From Gemmatimonadales bacterium (GTDB lineage: Bacteria > Gemmatimonadota > Gemmatimonadetes > Gemmatimonadales > GWC2-71-9), in assembly GCA_041577295.1 (NCBI GenBank), contig JBFGJG010000031.1, forward strand, positions 1 to 52,925: a stretch of 52,925 nucleotides of DNA, in the 5' to 3' direction. Made by a program: the position numbers and the translations under genes. This document shows positions 31,110 to 41,070 of this stretch, one piece after another. The first letter of the stretch is position 1. Every line of letters starts with the position of its first letter. The notes beneath the pieces are model-generated. The model was not told the DNA's origin. It searched no databases and was given only the letters and a program-made list of their open reading frames with translations.

Positions 31110-31904
31110 TTAGCGGGAGCCCACCTGCTGCTCCGCCATCGGAAACGACAGATCCGGACGGATCCAGGAATAGTTGCTCTCAACACGCCGGGTGAATTGC
31201 ATCGCCTTCTGCTGGAGGCGTTCACCCTCTGATCCGAGCATTTGCCTGATGCGCGCATCCTCGGCGTAATAGGATGCCTCATCGGTGCCGGTCTGAACCA
31301 CGAGGTACATCGGGAGGTCCGGACTCACGACGGATTGGTAGATACGCCAGCCGCGCTGAATGTTTTTGGCCCGGTAGAGCGCTATGTACTCTTTGGCGAT
31401 CGCTTCGATATCCTGTTCGTGTCCCGGCATGATGTACCACCAGTCGTAGTGACGATACCGGCGGTCCGCGGTGAGCGCCGCGGTCTCGGCACGATACGAG
31501 AGATCCGGCCGCATCATCATCACTGAGGTAGCCGAGTGATCGCTCAGGCCGGTCGAGCGCGCCATGTGTTCCGCCCACTTCTGCTGCCCCATGGCCCGGC
31601 TGGCTGCGTCCCAATCACCGAACGCCTTCCCGAGCCCCGCCCATCCATCGACTGGCACTACGTAGATATAGCCAACTTCGGGGCCGCTCACGGCGGAGAA
31701 CTGAATGGTTTCCTTGGCTCCTGGTGTCATCGCCAGATCTTTCAAGAACGCCTTGGTGTTCGCCTCGTACTCGGCGATCTTGGACGGCTTCACGAACTCT
31801 TGAACCAAATAGAACATCTGTGGTGGGCTGTCCTGCGAAGCCGCCGGAGCGGGATATCCCAGCAGCAGTACGGTCACAGGGAGCAGCACGGCCAGCCTTC
31901 TCAT
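31110..31904 (-). CDS. Exported hypothetical protein with two NIPSNAP-like alpha/beta domains
   Basis: GAGG RBS and signal peptide; duplicated pattern (V/I)xPxxxxxxE...RPDLS(Y/F). Confidence 0.75.
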   Translation of the reverse strand: MRRLAVLLPVTVLLLGYPAPAASQDSPPQMFYLVQEFVKPSKIAEYEANTKAFLKDLAMTPGAKETIQFSAVSGPEVGYIYVVPVDGWAGLGKAFGDWDAASRAMGQQKWAEHMARSTGLSDHSATSVMMMRPDLSYRAETAALTADRRYRHYDWWYIMPGHEQDIEAIAKEYIALYRAKNIQRGWRIYQSVVSPDLPMYLVVQTGTDEASYYAEDARIRQMLGSEGERLQQKAMQFTRRVESNYSWIRPDLSFPMAEQQVGSR

Positions 31905-32076
31905 ACAAAACCTCCTCGTCGAGTCAGTGATGAGCGGTGCAAACATGGGCGGGGAGTGACTCCGTAATCTGCTGCGAAGATGTATCGCCACCGACGCAAC
32001 CGCTAGCCCGGCACGCCGATTGGCCCCACCGGCTAGGCCGTAGCGCCAGCCCGCGTCCGGTGGCCATTATTCCCCT

Positions 32077-34332
32077 GTGAACGGGTCACCCTCCTACTCG
32101 GTTAAGACAGTGCTCGCCCTCGTCTTGGCGGGCTGCGTGTCGTTCTCAGCCGCCTGGGCGCAGGCCCCGGTGGCGCACACCGAAGGCTACGACGTGCCGA
32201 TGGCTCTGCCCCGACTCACCGGCCCGGTGGTGTTGGACGGCATGCCGGACGAGCCAGCGTGGGATGCCGTACGGGCCCTACCGATGACGATGTTTTCACC
32301 GACGTTCGGTGATGCCATCACCGAGCGCAGCGAGATTCGCGTCGCCTACGATGATTCCTATCTCTATGTCAGTGGCCGCCTGTATGATTCGGATCCCCGA
32401 GGCATCCGCACGAACACGCTCTACCGCGACCAGTACAGTGGAGACGATCTCCTCGCCATCGTCCTCGACACCTTCAATGACTACGAGACCGCCTCCTGGT
32501 TTGTCGTGAATCCCGCTGGGGTACGGACCGACCGGTCGCTCTCGAACGATGCGGAGTTCCGGGGCGGGATGCCGATGAATCCCGATTGGAATGCCTTCTG
32601 GGACGCCGCAACTGTGGTGAACGACGAGGGCTGGTTTGCCGAGTTGCGGATTCCGTTCGCCAGTCTCGGGTTTCAAGATCGGGATGGCCGGGTCGATATG
32701 GGGATGATCCTCTACCGGTTTATCGCCCGAAAGAACGAGCGGCAGCTCTTCCCCGCTATCCCTCCCAACTGGAGCATGTCCTTTGCCAAGCCGTCACGCG
32801 CCCAGCGAATCTCGTTGGAGGGCGTCTACCGCCGTCAACCGGTGTATGTCACCCCTTATGCGCTCGGTGGTCTTGACCGTGCTGCCGAACTGCCGGAGGG
32901 TGCGAGCGCGTACGGGTTCGATGAAAACGTGACTCGCGAGATCGGGCTCGACTTCCGGTACAGTCCGAGCAGCAACCTGACGCTCGACTTTTCGGTCAAC
33001 ACCGATTTCGCGCAGGTCGAGGTAGACGATCAGCAGGTGAACTTGACACGGTTCTCACTGTTCTTCCCGGAAAAGCGCCAATTCTTCCAGGAGCGCTCGG
33101 CAATCTTTGAGTTCAACACCGGGGGCCGGGACCGGCTCTTTCATAGCCGTCGCATCGGCCTGGTCGAAAGCGACCGCATTCGGCTGCTCGGCGGAGCCCG
33201 TGCCGTGGGCCGCACGGGGGGCACCGATTTTGGCTTCATCAACATGCAAACCGCCGCACGGGATTCCCTTCCTTCGGAGAACTTTGGCGTCATGCGCCTG
33301 CGCCGCCAACTGTTCAATCAGGTCTCGACGCTTGGGGGCATGATTACAACACGTGTCGCCGAGGATGGGAGCTACAATGTTGCCGCCGGCATCGACGGCA
33401 TCTTCAACGTCGCGGGCAGCGAGTTTCTCACGATCAAGCTCGCGCAGACGTTCGAGAATCACGGACCGGGACCGGGGAACCTGGATGCCGCGCTCGTGCT
33501 TGCGCGTTGGGAGCGACGGGACCAGCTCGGTTTCAGCTACTCGGCGGAATTCATTCGGTCGGGGCAGCAGTACAATCCGGGTGTGGGGTTCGAACGGCGG
33601 GATGACTTCACGGCACTACAAAATGGGCTTGGCTACCAGTGGCTCCCGGGGGCTCAATCGCCGTTTCGCAGCCTCGGGTTCGAAACGGAATCCGAGCTGT
33701 TTCTTCGCAACGGCGACCGTACCGTGGAATCCGCTGCCATCGAGCCCCAGCTGGAGGCAGAGCTGAAGACGGGAGCGGAGATCAGCCTCTCACTCAACAA
33801 CAGCTATGAGAGCGTGCGGGACAGTTTTGAGGTGGCCGGGGACGTCCCCGTCGTTCCCGGAGAGTACTGGTTCCACGAGGGTGAGTTGCGGTACCAAGCT
33901 TCCCGCGCAGGCCGTATCCGCCCCACGTTCAGCGTCAGTGCTGGGACTTTTTACGATGGAACCCGCGTCTCGGTGTCCGCCCAGCCGGCGTGGAACCCGT
34001 CACGCTATGTCGAACTGGGAGCAGAGTATGAGTTCAATGCCATTCGGTTTCCCGACCGCGATGAAGCGCTCGACGTGCATCTCGCGCGCTTTCGCATCCA
34101 GACAGCACTCAACATCCACTTGTCACTTGCGACGTTCGTCCAGTACAACAACACCGCCAATGCGTTCACCATGAACGCCCGGCTCCGATACAACTTCCGC
34201 GAAGGCCGGGACCTCTGGATCGTCTACAACGAAGCCCTAAACACCGACAGGGTGATCATCGGCGAGCCACGACTCCCGCTATCGCAAGAACGCGCCATTC
34301 TAATCAAGTACACGCACACACTGGTTTGGTGA
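32077..34332 (+). CDS. CBM9-like/DUF5916 outer-membrane protein
   Basis: LDGMPDEPAW, GWFAELRIPF, NTDFAQVEVD, FFPEKRQFFQE, LFHSRRIG; aromatic C-terminal residue. Confidence 0.85.
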   Translation: MNGSPSYSVKTVLALVLAGCVSFSAAWAQAPVAHTEGYDVPMALPRLTGPVVLDGMPDEPAWDAVRALPMTMFSPTFGDAITERSEIRVAYDDSYLYVSGRLYDSDPRGIRTNTLYRDQYSGDDLLAIVLDTFNDYETASWFVVNPAGVRTDRSLSNDAEFRGGMPMNPDWNAFWDAATVVNDEGWFAELRIPFASLGFQDRDGRVDMGMILYRFIARKNERQLFPAIPPNWSMSFAKPSRAQRISLEGVYRRQPVYVTPYALGGLDRAAELPEGASAYGFDENVTREIGLDFRYSPSSNLTLDFSVNTDFAQVEVDDQQVNLTRFSLFFPEKRQFFQERSAIFEFNTGGRDRLFHSRRIGLVESDRIRLLGGARAVGRTGGTDFGFINMQTAARDSLPSENFGVMRLRRQLFNQVSTLGGMITTRVAEDGSYNVAAGIDGIFNVAGSEFLTIKLAQTFENHGPGPGNLDAALVLARWERRDQLGFSYSAEFIRSGQQYNPGVGFERRDDFTALQNGLGYQWLPGAQSPFRSLGFETESELFLRNGDRTVESAAIEPQLEAELKTGAEISLSLNNSYESVRDSFEVAGDVPVVPGEYWFHEGELRYQASRAGRIRPTFSVSAGTFYDGTRVSVSAQPAWNPSRYVELGAEYEFNAIRFPDRDEALDVHLARFRIQTALNIHLSLATFVQYNNTANAFTMNARLRYNFREGRDLWIVYNEALNTDRVIIGEPRLPLSQERAILIKYTHTLVW

Positions 34333-34411
34333 ATGGTGAGTGGTGAACGAGAGAAGGCGTTACTCTTCATCCCTCACTGGCGAGCGCGGAGTCGGACGTA
34401 AGGAATAGAGA

Positions 34412-35224
34412 GTGCGGACCGTGATCAGCCTCACTGCCATCATCGGGTGGTTGGGATGTGACGCCCCTGCCCCGCCCGTGGCTGCAGGGATGGTGGCGAT
34501 TTCAGGCGGTCAGTATCGGCTCGGGAGCGATTCGCTCGAGCGCCAGTTGGGCTACTCGCTCTCTCCGCCGAACGTAAGGCGCGCGCAGTGGTACGATGCG
34601 TGGGAGCGCACGCTGTCTCTCGAGCGGCTGGGGCCTTTCTGGCTCGACAGCACACCAGTGACCCACGCTGCGTACGCCAGGTTCGCGTCCGCAACCGGAC
34701 ATCCCACACCCTACATTGACGAAGCAACGTACGCGGCCCAGGGCTTCCTCGTGCATGCCTACGAAGAAGTGGTGCCGTTCCTCTGGCACGACGGTCAGCC
34801 AGACCCAGCGCTCGGTGATCATCCGGTTGTTCTGGTGCATCGCGACGACGCGGCGGCGTATTGCGCGTGGCGTGGCGCGCGACTTCCGACCGAGCATGAA
34901 TGGGAAGCGGCGTGTCGGGGCGTGGGAACGCGGATCTTCCCGTGGGGGAACGAGTGGCGACCCGGGGTCGCCGCCGTGGAGACTACGTTCACGGCACCGG
35001 TGACCGCACATCGCGCGGGCGCGACTCCAGAGGGCGTGCTCGATATGGCCGGCAATGTCTTCGAGTGGACCAGCTCGGACTTCGGCCCTGGTCGCGCCAC
35101 GCTCAAAGGGTGCTCGTGGGATGACGCCCCGGGCACCTGCCGCTGCGCATTCCGCCACGGCCGCCCGCCGACGTCCAAGCATTTGCTCATTGGATTCCGG
35201 TGCGCGAGAAGCCGTGAACACTAA
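34412..35224 (+). CDS. Formylglycine-generating-enzyme (SUMF1/FGE-sulfatase fold) family lipoprotein
   Basis: HPVVLV, RLPTEHEWEAACRG, FPWG, DMAGNVFEW, IGFRCAR; lipobox WLGC. Confidence 0.85.
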   Translation: MRTVISLTAIIGWLGCDAPAPPVAAGMVAISGGQYRLGSDSLERQLGYSLSPPNVRRAQWYDAWERTLSLERLGPFWLDSTPVTHAAYARFASATGHPTPYIDEATYAAQGFLVHAYEEVVPFLWHDGQPDPALGDHPVVLVHRDDAAAYCAWRGARLPTEHEWEAACRGVGTRIFPWGNEWRPGVAAVETTFTAPVTAHRAGATPEGVLDMAGNVFEWTSSDFGPGRATLKGCSWDDAPGTCRCAFRHGRPPTSKHLLIGFRCARSREH

Positions 35225-35240
35225 GAGTGCCCAATCCCCC

Positions 35241-36272
35241 TTACGCCGACTGCTCCCGAAGCCCCTTGAACTCCGCCGTGCACTCCGCTTCGAGACGTTG
35301 ACGCGCATCGGGCGGAAGGAGGGTCGCGCGAACCGCGTTCATCACAAACTGCTCCATCTGCGCATAGTCGAAACCGAACTCTTCGGCAACCCGCACATAC
35401 TCGTCGTTGAGGGTCGTGTTGAACATCGGAGGATCGTCAGAGTTGATCGTGACGTAGAGACCCTCCGACACCAGCCGAGGCAGCGGATGCCGATCGAGGG
35501 TAGGCGCCACGCCCAAGCACACGTTGCTCGTGGGACACACTTCGAGTGGAGTTTGGCGCGTGCGGAGCTCCTCGACCAGCTTGGGATCTTCAAGACAACG
35601 CACTCCGTGACCGATCCGCACTGCGTGAAGGGCTTTGAGCGCGCCCCAGATGCTCGCCGGCCCCGCCGTCTCACCGGCGTGCGGTACACTCGGCACCCCA
35701 GCGGCATGCGCCCGATCGAACGCGGCGGCGAATTTCTCCGGAGGGTGGCCAACCTCCGGACCGCCCAACCCGAATCCCACAACACCATCGCCAAACGCCG
35801 AGATCACCCAGTCGGCAATCATGTCGCCGTGCTTTGCCTCGATCACTCTGGGAATGTCGATCACCACACCCATGTGAACTCCAAACTCTGCCGCTCCCCA
35901 TGCCCGTGCGCGGTTGAGGGCCGACAGCTGTTGATCGAAGGGCAGCTGCTTCTGGATGTAGTGGGTGAATGCGGTGTAGGTGACCTCGGTATAGCGGATG
36001 TTCTGCTCGGCCTGTCCCACGAGAAACTCACGCGCAATCAGCTCGATATCGTCGGCCGTTTGCACGCACTTTGAAATCGTGAGATAGACCTCGACGAAGT
36101 GATCGAAATCCGTAAAGCGGTACCACTCGCGTACGCCATCGACGGTGTCGGCAGGGAGGCTGATCTGATGACGCCTCGCGAGCTGGAGCAGGGTCGCCGG
36201 CTGGATCGACCCTTCCAGATGCACATGAAGCTCTACCTTCGGCATCGTGCGAAGGTAATCGGCAAGCGGCAT
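35241..36272 (-). CDS. add: Adenosine deaminase
   Basis: PKVELHVHLEGS, HAGE, RIGHG, EVCPTSN, NSDDP. Confidence 0.92.
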   Translation of the reverse strand: MPLADYLRTMPKVELHVHLEGSIQPATLLQLARRHQISLPADTVDGVREWYRFTDFDHFVEVYLTISKCVQTADDIELIAREFLVGQAEQNIRYTEVTYTAFTHYIQKQLPFDQQLSALNRARAWGAAEFGVHMGVVIDIPRVIEAKHGDMIADWVISAFGDGVVGFGLGGPEVGHPPEKFAAAFDRAHAAGVPSVPHAGETAGPASIWGALKALHAVRIGHGVRCLEDPKLVEELRTRQTPLEVCPTSNVCLGVAPTLDRHPLPRLVSEGLYVTINSDDPPMFNTTLNDEYVRVAEEFGFDYAQMEQFVMNAVRATLLPPDARQRLEAECTAEFKGLREQSA

Positions 36273-36277
36273 GTGAG

Positions 36278-36342
36278 AATGTAGTAATCAAGCCGTGATC
36301 TGTCAGCAGCTTTTCACTGGCCTTTGCTCTTTCCTCTATCTT
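36278..36342. promoter_or_regulatory. Back-to-back sigma70-like promoters giving leaderless add and ccdA mRNAs
   Basis: Minus strand: CTGACA-17-TACATT-5 nt-ATG 36272. Plus strand: TTCACT-18-TATCTT-6 nt-ATG 36349. Neither ATG has an SD. Confidence 0.5.
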
Positions 36343-36348
36343 TCCGGC

Positions 36349-37074
36349 ATGTCGGAAATCGCCTCTCTCTTCGCGTTCCAGGGGCTCACTGAATCCCTGA
36401 ATCACAGTCCGGTGGTGGCGCTCTTTTCGCTGTTTGGGGCCGGCCTGGTGACCAGTCTGACGCCATGCGTCTACCCCATGATTCCGATCACCGCGGGCAT
36501 TCTGGCCGGTGCCGGTGGCGCAGGCACATCCAAACTCCGGACGTTGGGCCTCACGCTGAGCTATGCGACCGGGCTCGCGCTCCTGTACGCCACCCTCGGC
36601 CTGATCGCCGGGCTGACCGGCTCCCTCTTCGGCACCGTCTCGGCGAATCCATGGGCTCGCTTCGCGATCGGTAACCTTCTGCTCATCTTCGCCCTGGCAA
36701 TGCTGGATGTCATCCCGCTGTCCGCACCACAACGCGTTGTGCAATGGGCCGCTGGCCTCCGCGGGGGGTCTTACCCCGCCGTATTCCTGCTCGGTGCCAG
36801 CTCCGGTATCGTAGCGGCCCCTTGCGGAGCACCGGCGTTCGCCGCTGTGCTCACGTGGGTTGGAACCACTGGAAGCCCAGCGCTCGGTTTCATCTACCTC
36901 CTGGTGTTCTCGCTCGGGATGACCGCGTTACTGGTCGCGATTGGACTGTCGTCTGGCACCTTGGCGGCGCTCCCCAAGGCCGGCACCTGGATGGTATGGA
37001 TCAAGAAGGCGGCCGGAATCGTACTATTGGCCATGGCGGAGTACTACTTCATCCAGATGGGGATGGTGCTATGA
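36349..37074 (+). CDS. ccdA: CcdA/DsbD-beta transmembrane electron transporter
   Basis: SLTPCVYPMIP and AAPCGAP redox cysteines; multiple TM helices. Confidence 0.88.
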   Translation: MSEIASLFAFQGLTESLNHSPVVALFSLFGAGLVTSLTPCVYPMIPITAGILAGAGGAGTSKLRTLGLTLSYATGLALLYATLGLIAGLTGSLFGTVSANPWARFAIGNLLLIFALAMLDVIPLSAPQRVVQWAAGLRGGSYPAVFLLGASSGIVAAPCGAPAFAAVLTWVGTTGSPALGFIYLLVFSLGMTALLVAIGLSSGTLAALPKAGTWMVWIKKAAGIVLLAMAEYYFIQMGMVL

Positions 37075-37625
37075 GTTGGTTGAGTGTCTGCCGAGCCGCC
37101 CTCGTGCTATCGACCGCGGCGCTGTGGAGCATCCCGACAAGCCTTCAGGCACAAGAGGACGAGGTCGGGATCCCGCTCGGATCGAGCCCGGATCCGGTCT
37201 TGATCGAGGACCTCGAAGGCAATTCCGTGGACCTTGGCGCCTGGATCGGTCACCAACCGGTCCTTCTCGAATTCTGGGCCCGGTGGTGTGAACAGTGTGA
37301 GGCACTGCTTCCGCGCCTGAGGGAAGCCCATGCTCGCCATGCTGAAACCGTGGTATTCCTGGCCATCGGCGTTGGAGTCAATCAGAATCCCCGCTCGATC
37401 AAACGCCACCTCAACCGTCACCCAATGCCCTTCCCCGTCTTGTGGGACGGCCAGGGGAAGGCCACGCGCCGCTTCATGGCGCCAACGACGTCCTACATCG
37501 TCGTTTTGGATGCGGACGGCAGAGTCGTCTATACGGGTGTGGGTCCCGACCAGGATATCGGCGCTGCCCTTGCCCGCGCATTGCCCACCGATTCCTCCGC
37601 CGGCCTCAACGACCCGCCGCGTTAG
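37071..37625 (+). CDS. Exported TlpA-family thioredoxin-like disulfide reductase
   Basis: EFWARWCEQC; signal peptide; ATGA overlap with ccdA. Confidence 0.88.
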   Translation: MSWLSVCRAALVLSTAALWSIPTSLQAQEDEVGIPLGSSPDPVLIEDLEGNSVDLGAWIGHQPVLLEFWARWCEQCEALLPRLREAHARHAETVVFLAIGVGVNQNPRSIKRHLNRHPMPFPVLWDGQGKATRRFMAPTTSYIVVLDADGRVVYTGVGPDQDIGAALARALPTDSSAGLNDPPR

Positions 37626-37694
37626 CCCCCTCGACACAGAAAGGGCGTGCTCCGAGAACACGCCCCTCGAGTCGTCTGGCGCTCGCACGTCGTC

Positions 37695-38291
37695 CTAAGG
37701 AGACGGATCCTCTTCCGCCGGAGGCGCAATCCGCATCAGCGCATCACCGAGCTCCAGGTACGCCTGGGGATCGACCTCCCGGAAGGGCGAGGCCACGTAT
37801 TGGATTCGACCATCAGCATCGATGACGAACACCGAGCGATTGTCGAGCACACCGCGCTCCCCCCGGTCGAGAAACGCCCCGTACTTCCGCCCAACCTCCG
37901 CACCTGCATCGGAGCCAAAGAGAAACTGGAACTGGTCGTCCCTGGCCCATGCCGCAAGTTCCTCCACAGAATCGACGCTCACCGCCAGGAGGACGATATC
38001 GCGGCCATCACGAAACAGCGTTGCGTACTGATCACGGTACGCATGCATTTGAATCGTTCAGCCACGTGAGCGGGCTCGATAGAAGAACGCGAGCACGACG
38101 GTATGGCCCCGGAAGTCACTGAGCCGGACTTGATCTCGCAGCACCCCATAGCGGGTCGCGCCTGGGATCTGGAAATCGGGGGCCATGGTGCCGACTTCGA
38201 GCGGCGTTCCCGTAGTTTGCCCGCCCGCCAACCGCGGTGTCGCACCGAGCGCTACCGCCCCCGTGATCATCATTGTTAGAGCAAATCGCAT
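37695..38291 (-). CDS. Selenocysteine-containing peroxiredoxin (AhpC/TSA, BCP-like), exported; Sec at TGA 38060-38058
   Basis: ORFs 38058..38291 and 37695..38048 share a frame and are separated by one TGA at the peroxidatic Cys position (FFYRARSRG-U-TIQMHAYRDQY); a SECIS-like hairpin follows. Confidence 0.85.
38022..38043 (-). promoter_or_regulatory. Bacterial SECIS element
   Basis: UGCGUAC-CGUGAUCA-GUACGCA; perfect 7-bp stem starting 14 nt after UGA, with a G near the 5' side of the loop. Confidence 0.75.
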
Positions 38292-38343
38292 AGGTCAGCC
38301 TTCAGCTTCATTGAGAGAGGTGTAGGGTAGAGGAATATAGCGA

Positions 38344-39087
38344 TTACGTTCGGGTCTCCCCGATCCGGTGTGCGAGCTGGGTGATATCCACCACCCGCTC
38401 GCAATCGACATGACTCCAGTCACCAAACGGATCGACGAGAGCCACGTGCAAACCGGCGGCTCTCGCCCCCACCACATCGACTTCATAAAGGTCACCCACG
38501 TGCAACGTCCGGAACGGGTCCGCGTTCACCTTGTCGAGCGCCAGTTGAAAGATACGGGGGTCCGGCTTCTCGACCGCGACGACGGTTGAGTCGATAACGG
38601 CATCGAAGTGCTCACGGAGCCCAACTTTTTCGAGGGTATGCTCGACGGTCCCGTCCGAATTCGATACGGCGACGAGCGTGAGCCCTACCTGTCTGAGATC
38701 ACGCAGCGCCTGGGGCACGCCGGGTAGGACAGTCGACCACAGCCGGACGGTTCCCTGCGCCTTGAGTACCACGTTGAGCTGTGCCACGAGCTCGTTCCGG
38801 TCGAGGCCGCTCGTGTCTCGGGGGTCGTTCTGGGTGCTTGGTAAGTGATCTAGGATGGTTTGGAGGTAGACGGGGAACGAGTTGCTGTCCTCGATCCGTG
38901 CGAGGCCCGAGACCCACCGTCCGATCGCGGGTCGCGCCGCGGCTTCAGCACGCCGGAATGCCGCAGTGTCGCACCGAACCCCTCGAACCGCCAGCTCGTG
39001 GCAGATCCAGTCGAAGTCCATCGAGACCAGCGTGTTTCCGACGTCCAGAAAGACGGTCTCGAGGTCGCGGTACGGGATGGGCTCCAT
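38344..39087 (-). CDS. HAD-superfamily hydrolase (subfamily IA)
   Basis: FLDVGNTL, VSN, EKPDPRIF, HVGDLYEVDVVGA; GGAGAG RBS before ATG 39087. Confidence 0.9.
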   Translation of the reverse strand: MEPIPYRDLETVFLDVGNTLVSMDFDWICHELAVRGVRCDTAAFRRAEAAARPAIGRWVSGLARIEDSNSFPVYLQTILDHLPSTQNDPRDTSGLDRNELVAQLNVVLKAQGTVRLWSTVLPGVPQALRDLRQVGLTLVAVSNSDGTVEHTLEKVGLREHFDAVIDSTVVAVEKPDPRIFQLALDKVNADPFRTLHVGDLYEVDVVGARAAGLHVALVDPFGDWSHVDCERVVDITQLAHRIGETRT

Positions 39088-39212
39088 GGCTCTCCGGCTT
39101 CCGATCAGGACTGACAGATGCAGGACGCAACAAGCTAGACCAGTGCAACCAACGCTTGCAACAAAGATAGGATCTGACATATCTAATGGTGCGTCCCACT
39201 CAGCGGGCTGCC

Positions 39213-40583
39213 ATGATGAGAATCCTTCTCGTGATCGGCGTCGTGTTGGTTGTCGCGGTTGGGGCCGCGAACATCGTTCATGTTCAGAGACACTACGACG
39301 TCGTCATTCCAAACGACTTGGAGTCGCGAATTGATCGGTACCTCCATCCATACGTGGAGACCGGAAATTTCATGGGGGCCATTCTCATAGCACGAGGCGA
39401 CTCGGCGCTGCTTGCCAAAGGGTATGGCTGGGCCAGTGTCGCCCACCGCGTTCCCAACACGCCCGAAACGGTATTTCACATTGCGTCGGTATCCAAACCG
39501 TTCACGACGGCGGCTGTGCTCTTGCTCGCTCAGGAGGGCCGGTTGAGCCTGCAGGATCCTGTTACGACCTACATTCCCGATTTTCCCAACGGCGATCGCA
39601 TCACCATTCACTTGTTGATGATTCATTCCACCGGCATCCCGAACATCAATTCGTTCCCAGAGTACGACGACTGGTCCAAGCAGTCGCACACCACGGAGGG
39701 GCTCATTGAAAGGTTCAAGGACAGGCCCCTGCAATTCGAACCCGGCGAACGATATAGCTACAGTAACTCCAACTACAACATCCTGGCGCATATCATCGAG
39801 CTCGTTTCCGGACAATCGTACGGTGAGTTTCTCGAGGCCAGGTTCTTCGAGCCCCTGGGCATGAAGCATACGGGGCACGATGGTGACCCGAGCGCTGTGG
39901 TGCCGCATGAAGCCACGGGGTACATCCCAAGGGGTCTCACCGATCAAGCCGAAGCACCGTACCTCGACTGGACCATCAAGACCGGGAACGGATCACTCTA
40001 CTCCACGGTGGGTGACTTGTTCATCTGGCACCGTGCGCTCGCAGAGCAACGGGTGCTGGGTGAGGCCATGCTTCGGCAGGCGTACACCGAACACCTCGAA
40101 AACACGGGGTACGGTTGGTTTGTCCGGGAGCGTTTTGGGGGAACTGAGGTATACATCAACGGCCGGAGCCCGGGATTCGCCGCGTATCTCGGTCGCTACC
40201 TCGACGAAGACCTCTGCGTAGTTGTACTGGTCAACACCTACAACACCGATGCGACTGCGATCGGTCGAGCGCTCGCGGCCATCACTCTCGACCGGGATGT
40301 CGACATCCCCCAATTCTCCGGTGAGAGGCCGGATCCCGAGTTCGTCCGCGCCGCCGTCGGCACATACCAATTTGGTCCGGAGTTCTACATCCCCAACCAA
40401 TCCATCAGGGTGTACGAGCAGGACGGCCACCTGTTCATGAATTGGGGTTGGATGATGCCCGAGCCCAACGGGGAATTTCGTGACCGGTCCTACTGGACGC
40501 GCATGCGGTTCATCCGCGACGCGTCCGGCGGCATTGCCGCCCTCCAGATCGACGCCTTTACCGGCGCCCGGTCAGATCCGTAG
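39213..40583 (+). CDS. Serine hydrolase (beta-lactamase/AmpC-like family)
   Basis: SVSK (SxxK), YSN, LMIHSTGI, PLGM; N-terminal TM/signal segment. Confidence 0.88.
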   Translation: MMRILLVIGVVLVVAVGAANIVHVQRHYDVVIPNDLESRIDRYLHPYVETGNFMGAILIARGDSALLAKGYGWASVAHRVPNTPETVFHIASVSKPFTTAAVLLLAQEGRLSLQDPVTTYIPDFPNGDRITIHLLMIHSTGIPNINSFPEYDDWSKQSHTTEGLIERFKDRPLQFEPGERYSYSNSNYNILAHIIELVSGQSYGEFLEARFFEPLGMKHTGHDGDPSAVVPHEATGYIPRGLTDQAEAPYLDWTIKTGNGSLYSTVGDLFIWHRALAEQRVLGEAMLRQAYTEHLENTGYGWFVRERFGGTEVYINGRSPGFAAYLGRYLDEDLCVVVLVNTYNTDATAIGRALAAITLDRDVDIPQFSGERPDPEFVRAAVGTYQFGPEFYIPNQSIRVYEQDGHLFMNWGWMMPEPNGEFRDRSYWTRMRFIRDASGGIAALQIDAFTGARSDP

Positions 40584-40589
40584 ATCGAT

Positions 40590-40910
40590 TCATCCCATAC
40601 CCAAAAAGCCACCCCCCTTCTTGGTCGATCGAACAAGCGTGAGCTGGATGAACTGTGGCTCTTCCTCACACAACGGGTAGAGGCGCTCGACGAACCTTTG
40701 CGTGTGCCCCGCGCTGCGATGTCCCTTCTCGGCTTGTTCGGTCGGAAACGCCATCGCATGGATGAATGAGCGACCATCAGCCGCGACAAACGATCCGTAG
40801 ATCGTGTCTGGCTCGTTGGAGCGGATCGCGTCCACGAACTCGGTGATCGCCCGCTTCACCTCCCCCACCGCTTCTGGTTTCGCTCGGTACTCCACGAGCA
40901 GACGGACCAT
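40590..40910 (-). CDS. Antibiotic biosynthesis monooxygenase (ABM)-like protein
   Basis: MVRLLVEYRAKPE...EPDT..Y...F...H..AGHTQRF; GGAGG RBS. Confidence 0.75.
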   Translation of the reverse strand: MVRLLVEYRAKPEAVGEVKRAITEFVDAIRSNEPDTIYGSFVAADGRSFIHAMAFPTEQAEKGHRSAGHTQRFVERLYPLCEEEPQFIQLTLVRSTKKGGGFLGMG

Positions 40911-41070
40911 GGGCCCTCCTCGGCATTTGGCACGATGCGTGAGCTCCGCCAAGGTAGCGGGGGAAAACCCGCTTCGCGAAACCGTGCTTCGCTGACGAGT
41001 AGGTGCCCCTTGCACTTCGACACCCGTCCTTTCAACATCCGACATTCCTCTGTCACGACTCGGAGTTACG

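Noticed and set aside
37695..38291. Two small genes or a nonsense pseudogene
   Set aside because: The TGA is at the catalytic Cys position and is followed by a SECIS-like hairpin.
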